64,000 nucleotides of DNA from Felis catus (GCF_018350175.1 NC_058375.1:200508001-200572000); one strand, 5' to 3'; counted from the stretch's first letter, positions 40,121 through 53,689 are shown. Notes: a model not told the origin generated them from the letters alone. A program made the numbers and translations.

Positions 40121-40289
40121 CTGGGCTGCTGCTGCCTCCATGCTGCAGGTCATGTGCTCCCCCAGAGACAGCAGTTATGGAGATCTTTTTTTATAATAAT
40201 CTGTAGGTATGAGTATACAATTTCTACTTGAATTTCTAATAAGCTGTCTTTTGTACTTTGTGTTTTGATGTATATGTGTTACATTGTTA

Positions 40290-40510
40290 TAATAGAGTAG
40301 TTAAGGATATGGGCTTTGAAATCAGATGAAACCAGGTTCTACTTGTATGGCCTTGGGTGATTTACCTCTTAGTCTCAATTTTTCTTATCAGGAAAATGGG
40401 CATTTTAATAGTAACTACATCATAAGGTTATAGGGAATAAATAAGGTAATGCACGTAAAGTACTTTTTAGTGTTTGGTACATAATGAAGAGTAAATTTTG
40501 GTTCTTATTT
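40290..40510 (+). mobile_element. MIR SINE
   Basis: tagttaaggatatgggctttgaaatcaga...ggaaaatggg...ataaggtta. Confidence 0.7.
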
Positions 40511-40644
40511 TATAAGCATTATTACGAAGTAAGTTTCACACGGCTTCATCTCAAAGGAGTTATGTTAAAGTTACAAAAGTAGTTTATTTAAGCAAATATG
40601 CCCAAATTCTAAAAAGTGTTGTCTTTTAAAATCCTGGGATTTTA

Positions 40645-40762
40645 GGGGCGCTTGGGTGGCTCAGTCCGTTGAGCGTCTGACTTTGGCTCAGGTCATGATC
40701 TCACGGTTCATGAGTTCAAACCTCACATTGGGCTTGCTGCTCACAGCATGGAGCCTGCTCTG

Positions 40763-40812
<50 letters not shown>

Positions 40813-40866
40813 AATAATAATTAAACATTAAAAAATGTTTAAATAAAGTAAAATAGAATAAAATAG
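40645..40866 (+). mobile_element. Can-SINE
   Basis: Head ggggcgcttgggtggctcag, (CT)n, A tail, TSD aatcctgggatttta. Confidence 0.93.
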
Positions 40867-40881
40867 AATCCTGGGATTTTA

Positions 40882-40998
40882 ATTTTTGTTTTACAACTTT
40901 TTTTAGTAGAGTCACACCGAATGTGGGGCTTGAACTCATACTCATGACCCTGAGATCAAGATTCACAGGCTCTACCGACTGAGCCAGCCAGGTGCCCC
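40882..40998 (-). mobile_element. Short Can-SINE lacking the CT tract
   Basis: ...ctctaccgactgagccagccaggtgcccc is a reverse SINE head followed directly by a T-rich tail. Confidence 0.85.
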
Positions 40999-41100
40999 TA
41001 AAATCCTGGCATTTTAAAAGATTACCCTGGCAAACTGGGACACTCTCTCTTAGGCTATCCTAGTTCAGAGCATTTCTGGAAATTTCTCAATGACATAGCC

Positions 41101-41273
41101 TGTGACAGACATGACTAACTGTCCACCAAAAACCCACTCTTCTCTTTCTCAGTAGAGAGCCGCCACTGAGAAGGAATTACATTTTTAGCACTTTGCATCC
41201 ACGGGGAGCCAGGTGACCAGCATTTCATGTGAACATGAATCAGGCCAAGGTTAAAGAATGGGTATGAGGGGGA

Positions 41274-41311
<38 letters not shown>

Positions 41312-41523
41312 CTTATCCGTGCTCACTTTTATTTTCTATTAGCTGGAGATAAAAGACTCAAGAGCCTAGGGGACTGTGGCCACAAAATGGAAGAAGCCTA
41401 TGTCCCTGAATCTGTGTGAAGGAGAATCTCCCACTGATCAGGAGCTTCCTACTGCATTAAATCACTGAAATTATATACACTTATTATATGTGTAATTTGC
41501 TCGGGTTACACTAACTAAGATAC
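41101..41523 (+). mobile_element. MLT1-type MaLR solo LTR
   Basis: tgtgacagac start, ggccacaaaatggaagaagcctatgtccctgaat core, ctaactaagata end. Confidence 0.6.
41277..41308. repeat. (TG)n microsatellite
   Basis: Directly visible. Confidence 0.95.
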
Positions 41524-44139
41524 CTTCAGCGCCAGGGTGGGGGCCATAAGAGAAAAGCAGGTTTTGGCTCAGTGGCATATTTCATGTCATCCCTAAAATC
41601 TATAATTGGCTCAAGCAGCTACCTGATTTACCAGATTGGGGCTTTTTCTAGCCATAGACCCACTGTCAATGGACAGACACGCCATTGCCTGCAGACATGG
41701 CTGCAGGCATTTAAGACAGTTCCCAAGAGGTGTTCCTAAAATATTTTGAGCCCTGTCAGCACACTGCAATAAATGAATTGCCTCCCCAGGGGTCTCCTTT
41801 GAGGGGGACAGTGCTCACTTAGCGTGTCTGCTTCTAAATTCGTCATCTTCATTTTCGGAGCATCTAACAGCTCAGCGGTGGAGAGAGGTAGCCTTGCATA
41901 GGATGCCCTGGGTGGGGGGAGGCAGAGAGTGGGTAGACTAGGAGCTAACAGTTAATCTGGAAAGTTGGAGAAGCCACATGCATTTAATGGAACACGGATT
42001 GAAACATCATCTTGCCCATTTATGTGGCTGGCACTTATCAGTTGTTTGGTCTGGCCAAACATTATTGGGAATCCCCCCCCCCCAAAGCCACAGTTGTCAA
42101 CCTCTGAGAATTATGACATCTTCTCACAATGGAAGGGACTTCAGAATCCTAGAATGTCAGATCTAGAAGGACTTGCAAGTTATCCGGCTCAACCCTCTCA
42201 TTTTATAAATGAGTTAAAAAAAAAAGAGCTATAAAAAAAACTATAAAAAGAGCTATAAAAAAAAAAACATGAAGTAACTTACCCAAGGTCATCAAGGTTG
42301 TTAGTGGCTAATCTAGTCTTCAGACCTAAATTTCCTATTTCCCAGTCTCTCTAGGGCACCAGGCTGCCTTCTCCATATTTTCAGTTTCCTAATCAGGGAA
42401 TTAAAAGGTTTGACAGATGGGGTCATTTCTAGCCTGAGGGAAGGAAGACAGGAAGGAATCTTTGTGCCATGTATGTGTTTTTAGTTAATGTGAATTAAAA
42501 TTAAGTTTGAAAAATAATGTTTATCTTCTCCTGCTGCTCCCCACCTTTGCCCACTTCCTATAAATCAGAATTTGAGTTCCTTTATCTCAGAGGGCAGGCA
42601 CCAGTTATCTCTAAATTATAGGAAAAGACCTCAAGGAACAGCACACAGAGGAAGCTTTAACAAAAGATTTCCTATAATTTTGTTAATTACCATAGTCCAC
42701 TGTTTTAAAGGTTTGGAACAATCTCAGAAATGTTGTTTTCCTTCCTTTCCTTGACCACATCCTACTCACAAGTAAAAAAAAAAAAAAAAACAAACAAACA
42801 TGATAAGTGTGAGGTCCGCATTTTTGCAGATTTGACTTTTGGGTGGTCAATCTCTTGAATCTGTAGAGTGAAAAAAAAATGTTTTTGGTGCCAAAGACCT
42901 TAATTAATTTGCTCTTGTTAAATCCTAATAACTTGACCTACTGGAGCAGAGACTGGCCCATTTGTTTGCTGCGAGATTCTGTCAAGCTTCTCTGCTGGGG
43001 CAGACAGCGTCATTAGAGATGACGGAAGAGGAGGCAGGTGTCATGAAGACATTCAATGTAATCAGATCTTCTCATTGAGAGGACACGGGTGAGGAAACCA
43101 AAAACCTTCCAGAAGAGGCACTGCTCCAAATAACAGCAGACTCTCAATTATATGAGGACATGAGGTCTGGCTCTCTAGGCTGTGACGGGCTTCTGGTTTT
43201 AACAGTACCAGCAAACCTTTACAGAGTGAGGAATAAACCTTGATCCTAGGGGAATCTACCTGACCAAGTGCTACCCAGCCAGGTCACTGATTTTTATGAA
43301 CTCCTGCTCCTTTATGTATGCCATCTTTTCAACACTCTCAACAACCCTTGGAGGCTGGTATTGCTATCCCATTTCTCAGATGAGAAAAGGAAAGCAGAGA
43401 GTGGTTATGCAAATCGCTTGAGGTCCCAAGGTTAGTAAGAAACTGAGCAATATGTTGCCTGACCATTATGCAGCATGCTCCCACCGCTCCTTCCAGAAAC
43501 TTGCCACTCTGGGTTTTACGACTCATTCCCTCCTGTTTTCCTCATTCTCTGTCTTCATCCATCTTTTAAGTGTTTAATACTCCCCAGGTCTCCATCCTTA
43601 GCCACCCACTCTTTGAAAGCTCCTCCTAAGTTATCTTGTCAAAACCCACAGCTTTACCCACCTTCTTGTTGACCCCCAAACCCATGCTCAAGTTTTATTA
43701 TCCAACTACCTATAGAAATCTTTCCTTACCTCTGCCCTTCTCTTTAGTCACCAATCCTCATCAGAACGGGTCCAGCGCCCTCAAATCCTTCCTCTATGAA
43801 CAAGAGGCCATAAAAGGCCCTTTTTTTCTTTCTACCCCTGCAAGGAGACTCTTTCCTGGCATAGCCTTCTCTTTGCAGCCCAAAATGCACTCCATGTGTC
43901 TTGCTTCTCTTCTACTGCAAACTCTTCACCTAGGAATTACCTCTTACCGCCTAGGTTTTAGGCTCACAGTGGTCCTTTTGTTTGGTGCTTTTGCCAGAGA
44001 TACACCTTTCGTTCACCAATTGCCAGCCCCACTCTCGTGCTCAGCTATGGCATCCAGTCTCCACTCAAACCAGAGCCCTGGGGTTTCTGCTTGCTTCAAA
44101 GTTCATACAGCCCTATCTCATCCACATCCTTAGTGCTTC

Positions 44140-44880
44140 CCAAAGTCATCCCAAACACTTCTTCCCCACTGCACTTTTTCACATTTCTTTTCTTTTTGTT
44201 CAGACTATGACAAGCATTTTCCAATTGGCCCCTCCCTGCCTCTCTAGTCTGTCCAGCTCTTGGCCATCCTCCCCATAGTTGCCAAAGTTATCCCTTTAAA
44301 ACACACATACATCTGACCATAATTCTTTCCTATATAAAAGATTGAAAAGAAAGATTTCTTATCGATGCCACTCTATCACCAACAGGTTAAAGTCTGAACT
44401 CCTTAGCACATGATTCCTGACACTGTGGGATTGGGCTCCACCAACCTCCATATCCTTATGGCCCATCACCCACCTTCCTACTCTGGCTCTTGACACTGAG
44501 CCATCCATACAAGCATGCTCCGAGTTTCCCAAGTGTACCTGGTTCTCTCAAGTCTCTGTGCTTCTACACATGCTAGTCCCTCTGCCTAGAATGTTCTTTC
44601 CCACTCTTCTGGACACACTTCGACCTATCCTTCAAAACTAGCTGAAGGATAGGGTTCCTTCCTTCATAAAGCTTTCCTGGACTCCTCCAAGAGAGAGGTA
44701 ATTGCTCTCTGTTTTGTTCCCCCTTTCTCTACATCTTATCCCAGCTCCCACTGTGCTATGATTTATTTGTAGAGTATGAGCTCCTTGAGGGCAAAGATTC
44801 TTGTCTCATTCATTATTTTATTAAATTTCCCTAGTTTCAGGAACAAAACCAGACAGCCAGGAGATGCTACTGAATGAACA
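44140..44880 (+). mobile_element. LINE-2 fragment
   Basis: gtctgaactccttagcac...ccctctgcctagaatgttctttccc...tgagctccttgagggcaaaga. Confidence 0.7.
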
Positions 44881-47800
44881 GATATGACCCTTCTGAGCCC
44901 CTTCTAACTTAGTCATCTTCTGTGTTCACTTATCTCTGTGTCCCAGCTCTTATTATTGACATAAATGATTAACTTGTCTACTACCCCAGTGAAATGTAAG
45001 ATCCTTGAGAGCAAGTGACTCTCTTATTGGGAGTGCCCTTTCAATAAATATTTTTTCATCAATGAATGGATTCCCTAAGTTCATGTTGACCAGGGGATTT
45101 AGCTTCCCCTGCCCAAATTCCCTTCACCAGAGGAGAGATAAACCACCCAAATTTCATCTCAACTTCTTAAGCCACTCTCTCAGTTGGTATCAGAATAGCA
45201 CTGATCAAAAGGGAAGTGTAACAATGGCTAACTCCCAAGACCCTGAATACAGGACAGGAGCAGCTAGGGCTCACTAAATTTCTTATTGCTCAGCTATTAC
45301 CCTATGGGTGAAGGTATTACTGGACCAATTTCCCCTCAAGCTGCCTCCCCATCTGAGCTCTGCATTTGCAATTCCACAGAGCAATCAGAGATAAAAAATA
45401 GGCAGTAGAAGTCACCCTGGAATTGGAGCCCAAGGTTCTTGGTCCAATTCTCAGCTCTGCTATTTGTTTAGCTATGTGTCCTGGAGCACAATTACTTTAA
45501 AGCTTTTCTCACTTGTTAAATATGGATCATAATACTTACCCTGATTATCTTTTAGGGTTATTGTGCCCTTTCTCAGTTCTTCTCTGCCTTTTAGGGATTT
45601 GGTGCTTTGTTCTGTCCACAGCAACTTAGTTTTGGTTTTTCACAGTGGCATGGATTGGTCTAGGAAGTTAGGACTCTAAGCCAAGAGACGTTTAATCTGT
45701 AGGGGTGGTTTGTATCCAAGAATGTACAACCTTTTCATATAACTAAGTCTAGAGCTATTGTCCACAACCCTGGGTCCATGCTGCATCCAACAGAGAATGC
45801 AGACCCTCCTGGCACCCATTTCAGGCAAAATCCTTTGGTGAAAACCAAAGACTTTTCCCTGGAGGCCAACCAGGTGGACATAGGCATGGATGGGGCTGAT
45901 GTGGCTTCGTGGAAACAAGATGACCACGTCCCAGACTCTGCATCTTCTTAGCTTCATGGCAGAGAATATCTGCTGAGCTGGTGTTGGTGACCAATGGGGT
46001 GTCTCTTGTCCTTCCCACCCTTAGGAGTTTTACCTCGGAGTGCTGCTCTGATAACAAAAGTAAATCTATTTTTAAGTATTAATTAAAGCTATATATTTTA
46101 TGTTTACTCAGATTCTTTACTATCTGAGGCCATTTAACAGTCTTACAGAATAGAAAATTTTTTCTTGGTGTCTGAAAACTAGCAAAAGTCCAAAGACTCA
46201 TCTTAACAGATGGTCTCATTCCTTTCTTACTCAGCCTTTTGAGCTAACACATGGATAGACTCATTTTCCTTCTTCTGATGATTGATTTTTATCAGGGACT
46301 GGGTTGCTCCATCCATCCAAGGAGCTTGGGTCTATGGATATGGATACTTTTATGTGACATCTTTTTTCAGCCAACATTTCTTGAGAACACTCACATTTCC
46401 CATTATCACTTCTACCTACTTTCCAGTAAGGAATCATCTCTTCCTCTGCCCACTCTTTCAGATCATTTTCTTCCACTTTCTTAGGACTTTTGGAAGGGAA
46501 ACTTCCCCTTTCCCATGGAAATAAGTGACCAAGTTTTGAAACAGATGACCACCTTAATAGTAATATAGGTGCCACCCTGTAGCTCTCTTATCCATGCTGT
46601 CCATTTTTGTGCAGTAAGAAGATCACATATGTCTCATTCTGGCTCACCTAGCCAGGTCTCTGTTCCCTTTTCCAGCTCCTCTTCCTCTCAATGGTTCAGT
46701 GAAACAGGTTTGTGTGGCCAGTGGTCCAGATTCATGGATAGAGATAGGAGGTGGTAGGACAGAGGTGATGGCATACTTCCTCCTTCTCTCAAAACAAACT
46801 AGACCCCGGGTTGGCATTCTGTCTTGTTTGCCCTGGAAGTCTGATAAGGTTAGTGTCAGCTGTGTTACAACATTCTTTGGGTTGGAAGTAACCCCTGACT
46901 GGTGGGTGCTTCACTGTGAATGTCTGGTGGGAGTCTGTAGCTTTAGGCTTCCCAGAGTACAGTGACACTTGTAACTGTGCATGACTCTTGTGGGGAAACT
47001 ATGTCAAGGTGGACCCTGCACCCCTCCTTGTGGGTCTCCTCTCCTTCTTTCTAAGCTATTATGTTGGGGCTGAGAGACTAGCCCTACACCAGAATATGGA
47101 ATGCAGCAAGGACCCACCTGCAGAGAGGGTAAGCTAGACCTGCCTTGTGGAGGCTGTGGTTCCTGTCCTAAATTCCTCTAAGTGAGTCTAGTGCTAGCTG
47201 TGCTGTCTGGTATTTCTGTGAGTCTAAATGCCTAGTTGAGGCTAAAAATAAATATACCCCTAGAGACATTGCAGGCTCCACCTGATTGCCTCTTTCAGAA
47301 AGTCCCTAAAAGGCTGATACTTTACAACCACTTATGCAGTACTGGGTGCTTTCCCTCAACTGGCCAGAACACTACAGAAGAGAAGTGACCAGTACCTGAA
47401 CTTCACCCTTAAAACCACCATCATCACCACTGATTATCATCACCATCATCAAAATCACCATCATTTCAACCACCACAAGAATTTGTGCATTTCAACTACT
47501 ATCCATTACCTTCCACTCTCTTGTTTAGGTTGTTTAGGTCACATATTACTCTCTTTCTGATTCTGTCTCCTAGCATTTTCTTCTATGGACAACCTATCTT
47601 AGAAAAAAAATGCTGAACTGAGAGTCCTCCTCTGCTGCCTGAGTCAGCCTAAGACAAATCCTTCAGTATAAGTTTCACCATCTGAAAAATGGAAAAAAAG
47701 TTACTGGCCCTGGGAAAATGCACTCAAATGGAATTAGCTCCTGTTATAATCAACAAAATGATAGAACAGTCTAAACTCTTTAAAGGTGAGCTAGTCTAAA

Positions 47801-48544
47801 TATAAATATATCTGACCACTTTTGGACAGCACCAAAAGCAATTACAGTTCCTATGCATCCCCCTCTTGTCCGATGGCTGTCTCCAAGCAGTCACTGGCTT
47901 GTCAGAGAAGAATGGATAGATCATGGTGTGGCTTTGCACTCTGGGAAATTATATTCCTAAAAGCTTAGAAGGAATGAAAGCAATATTAAAACTCTCAATA
48001 TTTAGCTTGTTGTGCTGCTTCCAGAAATCGGGTGACTGATGTATGTATGTACATAAGAGAGAGAATTTCAGAGATGGAAGTGGGCTGGGGGGAGGCAGAT
48101 GGAGAGGAGCCAAGAAAGAGACAGAGGACATGACGGTTCTGTGGAGGCCTACTCAGTGGGAGACACTATGACAGGAGAAACCAGAGTGCCAGGAAGGCCC
48201 AAGCAGGAAGGGGTGCTGGGTGCTGGGTGGCTCAGAGCCACAAGGAGCAGGACTGTTTGTGATGGCTCTTCCTACACCTGGGTCCAGGTGCACTCAAAGT
48301 CGGAGGTGGCATCTGCAGATGTGCCATAAGAGATACTGAAGACTCCTGGTGTCTGATGCAAGAGGATAATGGAAAGAGCACTGGACCACTAATCAAGAGA
48401 TCTTGCTTCAAATCACAGCTGAGCAATCTTGAGCATATCACTTCCCTTCTCTGGGCCCCACTTCTCTCAACTTCAAAGCAGGAGTTGTACAGGTTGATCA
48501 CATGTTCTCTTCTATGTTCACGTCTCTTGGTCTTCAAGTCTGTG

Positions 48545-48961
48545 GTCCCCTGAATGGTAGGTGGTATCTATGCTCCTCTTTGACTCCCATGCTCCCTCCA
48601 GGGGAGGAGCAGTATGCTTCCCTGGCCCACCCCCAACCCCCCACCTCTGATCTTGGGTTCGTTGATGACTTGCATTGGACCATGGGTTGTGGGCAGAAGA
48701 CACAGTGTGCCAGTCCTCTTGTGCTTCTGCACCTGCCTAGAAGAGCACACTCAGCAGTCCCTACCTCTCCAGCCTGGGCCCCAGCATGAAGAGACACTCA
48801 GAGCAGGCTGGAACCCAATGCACAGTCAGAAGCTAAGCCGCGCCAAGCCCAGCTGAGCCACAGGCACCATGCAGACCCATGAATGGGAAATCAATGCTTG
48901 TTGTTGTGAGGCACTGCAATTCTGGAGTTGCTTGTTACCATAGCCAAAGCTGACTAATACA
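48545..48961 (+). mobile_element. MLT1-type LTR
   Basis: gtgatgacttgcattggacca-like core and ggagttgcttgttaccatagccaaagctgactaataca end. Confidence 0.65.
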
Positions 48962-50552
48962 CCACGTGTTGGGCAAGCATGTCTCACAGAAGCTCACATC
49001 AGGGACCAGTCAAAAGCCTGCCTGAAGGAGAATGAAGGGCAGCTGGAGAAGCTCCTACAGGCTCTCCACTGCTGCCCCCCTCATGCCAGAGCCATACACC
49101 TCCATATGGAGACACCCCTGGCTTCTGGCAGCAACAACCCACGCCTCAGCAGGGTGGGAAGGGATTTCGGTGGAGGGGGAACTAAATTAAAATGCTCAAA
49201 GTCAAATTCCTCCTTATTCACAGTCCTCTCTCTTCCACGGTCCTCCAAAACTGGGCAGTCTGTTTCTTTCACTGTCTAGGTGCCATAAAAGGCCGCCTTA
49301 AAAAAGGCTCTGGAACTTAGGGTTGATGTATTGGTTTAGTGAGCAGGGAGAGGCAGCAAAAAGCTTAGACAAGTATCCAAGCACCAGCATCACTAGTCTC
49401 TGGCTGCTGTAATCAGCATGCAAGTCTCCAGGCCTCTCTGATTCCTAATTTAAAGAACTCCAAAGAAATCCACATAGCATCCTCCTAGCCAAATCCTAGC
49501 TAATAGATGTTTTCTTGCCAAACAGAGCAGTGTAGCATAATTGATATAATATACAAAGTAAAGCACAGAGAAGACCACTGTGGAACTTAAGTGCTGTCAG
49601 CATCATGGCCTAGGGGACAACCTGAGAGTTCCAAGTAGGATGTATGACTAGGGCTTAACCATGCTTCATGTCATTCAGAGAAAACCAGGACCTCAGTCAT
49701 TTGAATGAAGACTCCATAGTTGAAAACCGTAAGCATTTTTGGGGGAAAACAGAAAAGACTCAGCCCTCCACCAACCAACCTAACATACTAGAAGAGGAAG
49801 GAACATAGATTTGGGGATGGTGTGAAGGAACAGGCAGGAATTAGAGTGGCGGGTTTCCAACTTTTTTCTGAAACATCGAAGACTTTAAAACAAAGTTTTA
49901 CCTAGAAGAGAAACATATGTAAACGGATAAAAGTGTAAAAACTAAGGGTGAAGCAAGGGTGAAGATTCAGAACCTCTCTGTGTTGCATTCCACTGCCCAC
50001 TCCCAAAACTGGTTTCCTTGAAGCTGTGAGTGGAACACCAGGACTACATACAGTTTGAAAAACACTAGACTAGAGAAATCTGGGGTATTGTGATAGGCTC
50101 ATGGAAAGCTGAGAAGGGGGGCAAGGGGCAGGTATCATCATGGCTGTTTCTGGGCATTTTGCTGTGAAGAGGATGGAGTTAAATGTATAATCGTCCCTTG
50201 TTATGGCTTGGCAGCCATGGAGTACGCAACAGAGAAGAGGGCTTGCACATCCTGTCTGAGGCAGATAGTCTGACCAACTGACCTCTCTCAAGTCTTCTTA
50301 GAGGCGAGCCTCCTTATCCTAATCTTCAACTAGGCAAGAACAGATTTGCTCGGGAAAGATTTAGACCTTCCTTCTCTGGCCTACTTCCTCCCCCATCCCA
50401 TCTACCCCTCAAGTCTAAGATGTTGGCTCCTCCTGAGCTTGCAAGTCTCAAGCCTGGTGCTTTGGCCTTTAAGAGGGAGGGATCCTGAGAGATTGGTCTA
50501 ACTCACCGCCACGTGGCTCTCCACTTCCCATAGAGACACGCCCCAGACCCAC

Positions 50553-50745
50553 CTATGCACACCACGTCCATGAATCCGTACATCCCATAGCAGATCTGGA
50601 AGAGGAGGTCTTGGCGCTGCCATTTTGCCGAGGGACTGAAGGTCGACCAGATGAGCCAAGAGATACTGGCAATGAGGAAGAGGGAACCCAAGATGGCGGC
50701 TGCAATCTGCACCTTCTCAATGACTGTCAGAGAGATGGCCTGCCA
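50553..50745 (-). CDS. MARCHF4: MARCHF4 coding exon 3 (transmembrane segments)
   Basis: [64 protein letters not shown](G). Acceptor ttctcttctttgcag|TGG, donor ATAG|gtgggt, 193 bp, phase 0/1. Confidence 0.97.
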
Positions 50746-51489
50746 CTGCAAAGAAGAGAAGGGCGGGTTAGCTGTTGCTGGGACACCCTTACTCCATTTC
50801 CATTCCATCCCCATGCTTCTTGCTTCTGCTGCCTCGACCTCTCACCTCTGGTTCAGGATTTAATACAGGGCTTTTTAATTTGTAACACAATGGCTATTTT
50901 TACAAGTTTCTGAGTTTTATACTGCACTTTTAATATGGAGGAAACCTATAGCACACCAAATGATCAGAAATTATTGTAGGGAGTGAGTTCTGGGCAGCCA
51001 TCACAGAGAAGGAAGGCCTGTATAACTGATTATGATACAGACAGAGAAATGGGAAGCAGAAAGTAAAAATGCACAGCCAGTGTGGGTGGTATTCTAGGGC
51101 CCAGAATATTCTTTCCGGAGCAACATTGTTTATTTTCACACTAATAGGTGCTTTTCACACTAATAGGACACAGGCCTTTCTTTTGCTTATTTTCTACAAC
51201 AACACCTGGCGTGTCATTTAATATAAGTGCTAGGGATTACCAATTTAACAGACAAGCCGAAGACATGGGATGTGGGGGAGAGATAAGAAAAACAGTATAA
51301 TTTACTGACTATATATAAACACTGAGATTTCATTTTTTAACAGAAAAAGCACCATGCTAATAGCAGTATTGATGGATGGATTGAAAACTGGGGTGTGGGT
51401 GGGCTTCAACTCTGAAATTCTGTGATTCTATGGCTGGCCTAGGTAGCACAGGCGTAAGTGGACCTGGAGTTGGATTTTAGTTTGGGATT

Positions 51490-52020
51490 TATTCATGCTC
51501 TCACTCAACAAATATGCACTCTGCTAGGTGCTGGAGATAAAGCAGTAAGCAAAAACACGTAAGATTTCCACCCTCGTGGAATTTAAAGTCTAGAGAACAC
51601 AGATGGTCAAATAAATTTATTTACAGCTGCAATTTATCAGGCATAAGAGAAGAAGGTACACAGAACCGTGAGAGCCTTTGATGGGGGATTTGACTTGTCA
51701 GAAGAAGCAATGCTTGAGTTAGGTGAGAGTTTAGGCAAAGGGAGGAGGGAAGAGTGCTCTAGGCACAGGAGAAGGCGTGTGCAAAGGTCCTGTGGCAGCA
51801 AAAGCATAGTGAACATGAAAACCTGGAAGAAGGCCAGAGTGGGTGGAACAGAGAAAGCAAAAGGGAGTGTGGGGTGAGACAGCTGGGAAAATAAGAGAAG
51901 ATCGTGTGGAATCTTGAAGAATATGCACAGAATTTTGGCTTTGTCCTAAGAGTAAACATGCTGCTATTGAACACTTTCAACCAGGGAAGTGACAGGATCA
52001 GATGTGGGAAGGTAGAGGGC
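51490..52020 (-). mobile_element. LINE-2 fragment
   Basis: actcaacaaatat...ctaggtgctggagataaagcagt...gtgcaaaggtcctgtggcag. Confidence 0.7.
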
Positions 52021-53434
52021 GGGACAGTCTTCTGATTGTAAGGATTTGTGTAAAGCCCTGCAGAGGACACCCCCCAGCAGGCTTTTCAGCCTGAACGCCC
52101 CAGGAAAAGCAGACAACCTTCCATCAGCCAGTAGTGAGTCCTCGCTATGCATTAAATGGCCTGGATGGAAGCACTGATTCTGGCTCAGGAGGACTGACCA
52201 GTGGCCCCGAAGGAATTGTAACCATTGGAATACATTTCACTTGCTAGTCTAGATGTAGGACATCAGCCTTTACATTTAATTGTGCAGATAGCATTCCATT
52301 ACAGGTAATTGGGCCTTTAAATTTTCCACTGCTTCCCCTAGCCTAGGGTTACACAAAACAAGGGAATTTTCCAGAAGATGGCCTGATCCTACAGACTCCT
52401 CTCAAACCCTCTACCACAAATGTTTTTTCCAGTGCCTGCCTCTCTGTGAAGAGGGTCCTTAACTGAGCTTTTTGTTTTGACCACTGGGTCATCATCAACC
52501 TTCACTTCCTCCTGCTCCAGACTTTAAAACCCCCCAAATGTAGTGGCGCAGAAAGGTCCCCTTAATCCCAAGAGTCACCCTAACCCCTGATCCCCCAAGC
52601 TGGCTGTAGAACGTAAGCAGGGCCCCTGACTGCTGTTTGAAGCATGATGCACAAGGAACAGGGTGGGGTGCTGTGGCCGGGCTCTTCTGTCTGTCCCATG
52701 TGAGCCCCCACGAGAGGTGTGGGGAACAGAGCAGCAAAGAGCGAGCAGAGAACAAGAGAGCTCTGAACTCTCAAAGGGAAAGTTGGTGAGGGGAGAAGGG
52801 TTCCAAACGAGGTTCTGATCATGGTATCAGGAGACCCTCCACGTCCTGGCCTCCTGTGCCGCAGCACCAGTGAACGGAAGAGCCTGAGGACTGGATGTTT
52901 CCTTTCGCACCAGGAAGGGTCCCTGAGCAAGGAGTCGGGACCCGGTTCTGGCAGAGCTCTGCCCCAGCCTGTGCAGTGTGGCCTCACAGAAGCCAGTAAG
53001 TCACGAGGACTGTCAGTTTTCCCTTTCATAAAAAATGGAAATAATTGGTCCTGCCCATGTCCTAGAGTATTGTGAGGGCTGAGTGAAATAGCTCTTCAAT
53101 CAGAGCTTTGAACGGGACGAGCTGCCATCATCTCCACTCTTCGTTATGTTTCAGCAAAAACACAGTGATGCACGTCAAGGTGGGGGACTCCTAAACGCAC
53201 CCAGCCAAGTCTTCGCCTGCACACTGGAGGTGAGAGGAGCCAGACCCCTGTATGCAAGCCTGCCCCATCAGGGCAACCCTGGGTAAATTGTGCCTCCACT
53301 GTTTCATCTGTAAATTGGGAATAACAATGCCCACTGCACTGGGTTGGTTTCAGTTTTAAATGAGATAATATGTGTGAATACTTAGTGTGACTGCCCCCCG
53401 CTCCTGCCCCACAAGCACTAACTAAACATTTATT

Positions 53435-53657
53435 TATTTTTTATTTTTTTTTTTCAACGTTTATTTATTTTTGGGACAGAGAGAGACAAAGCATGAACAG
53501 GGGAGGGGCAGAGAGAGAGGGAGACACAGAATCGGAAACAGGCTCCAGGCTCTGAGCCATCAGCCCAGAGCCTGACACGGGGCTCGAACTCATGGACCGC
53601 GAGATCGTGACCTGGCCGAAGTCGGACGCTTAACCAACTGCGCCACCCAGGCGCCCC
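53435..53657 (-). mobile_element. Can-SINE (SINEC_Fc, young)
   Basis: Near-consensus copy, TSD actaaacatttatt at 53421-53434 and 53658-53671. Confidence 0.95.
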
Positions 53658-53689
53658 ACTAAACATTTATTAATGTAACTGCAGTTCAG

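Larger units (their letters stand above)
40570..41870. mobile_element. MARNA-like mariner relic interrupted by two SINEs and an LTR
   Basis: Segments gcaaatatgcccaaattctaaaaagtgttgtctt, cagagcatttctggaaattt and aaaatattttgagc...gcctccccaggggtctcctttgagggggacagtgctcactt resemble MARNA as recalled. Confidence 0.55.

Noticed and set aside
45600-47260. LTR-like segments
   Set aside because: Vaguely ERVL/LTR-like, but I could not assign a family or boundaries without Dfam.
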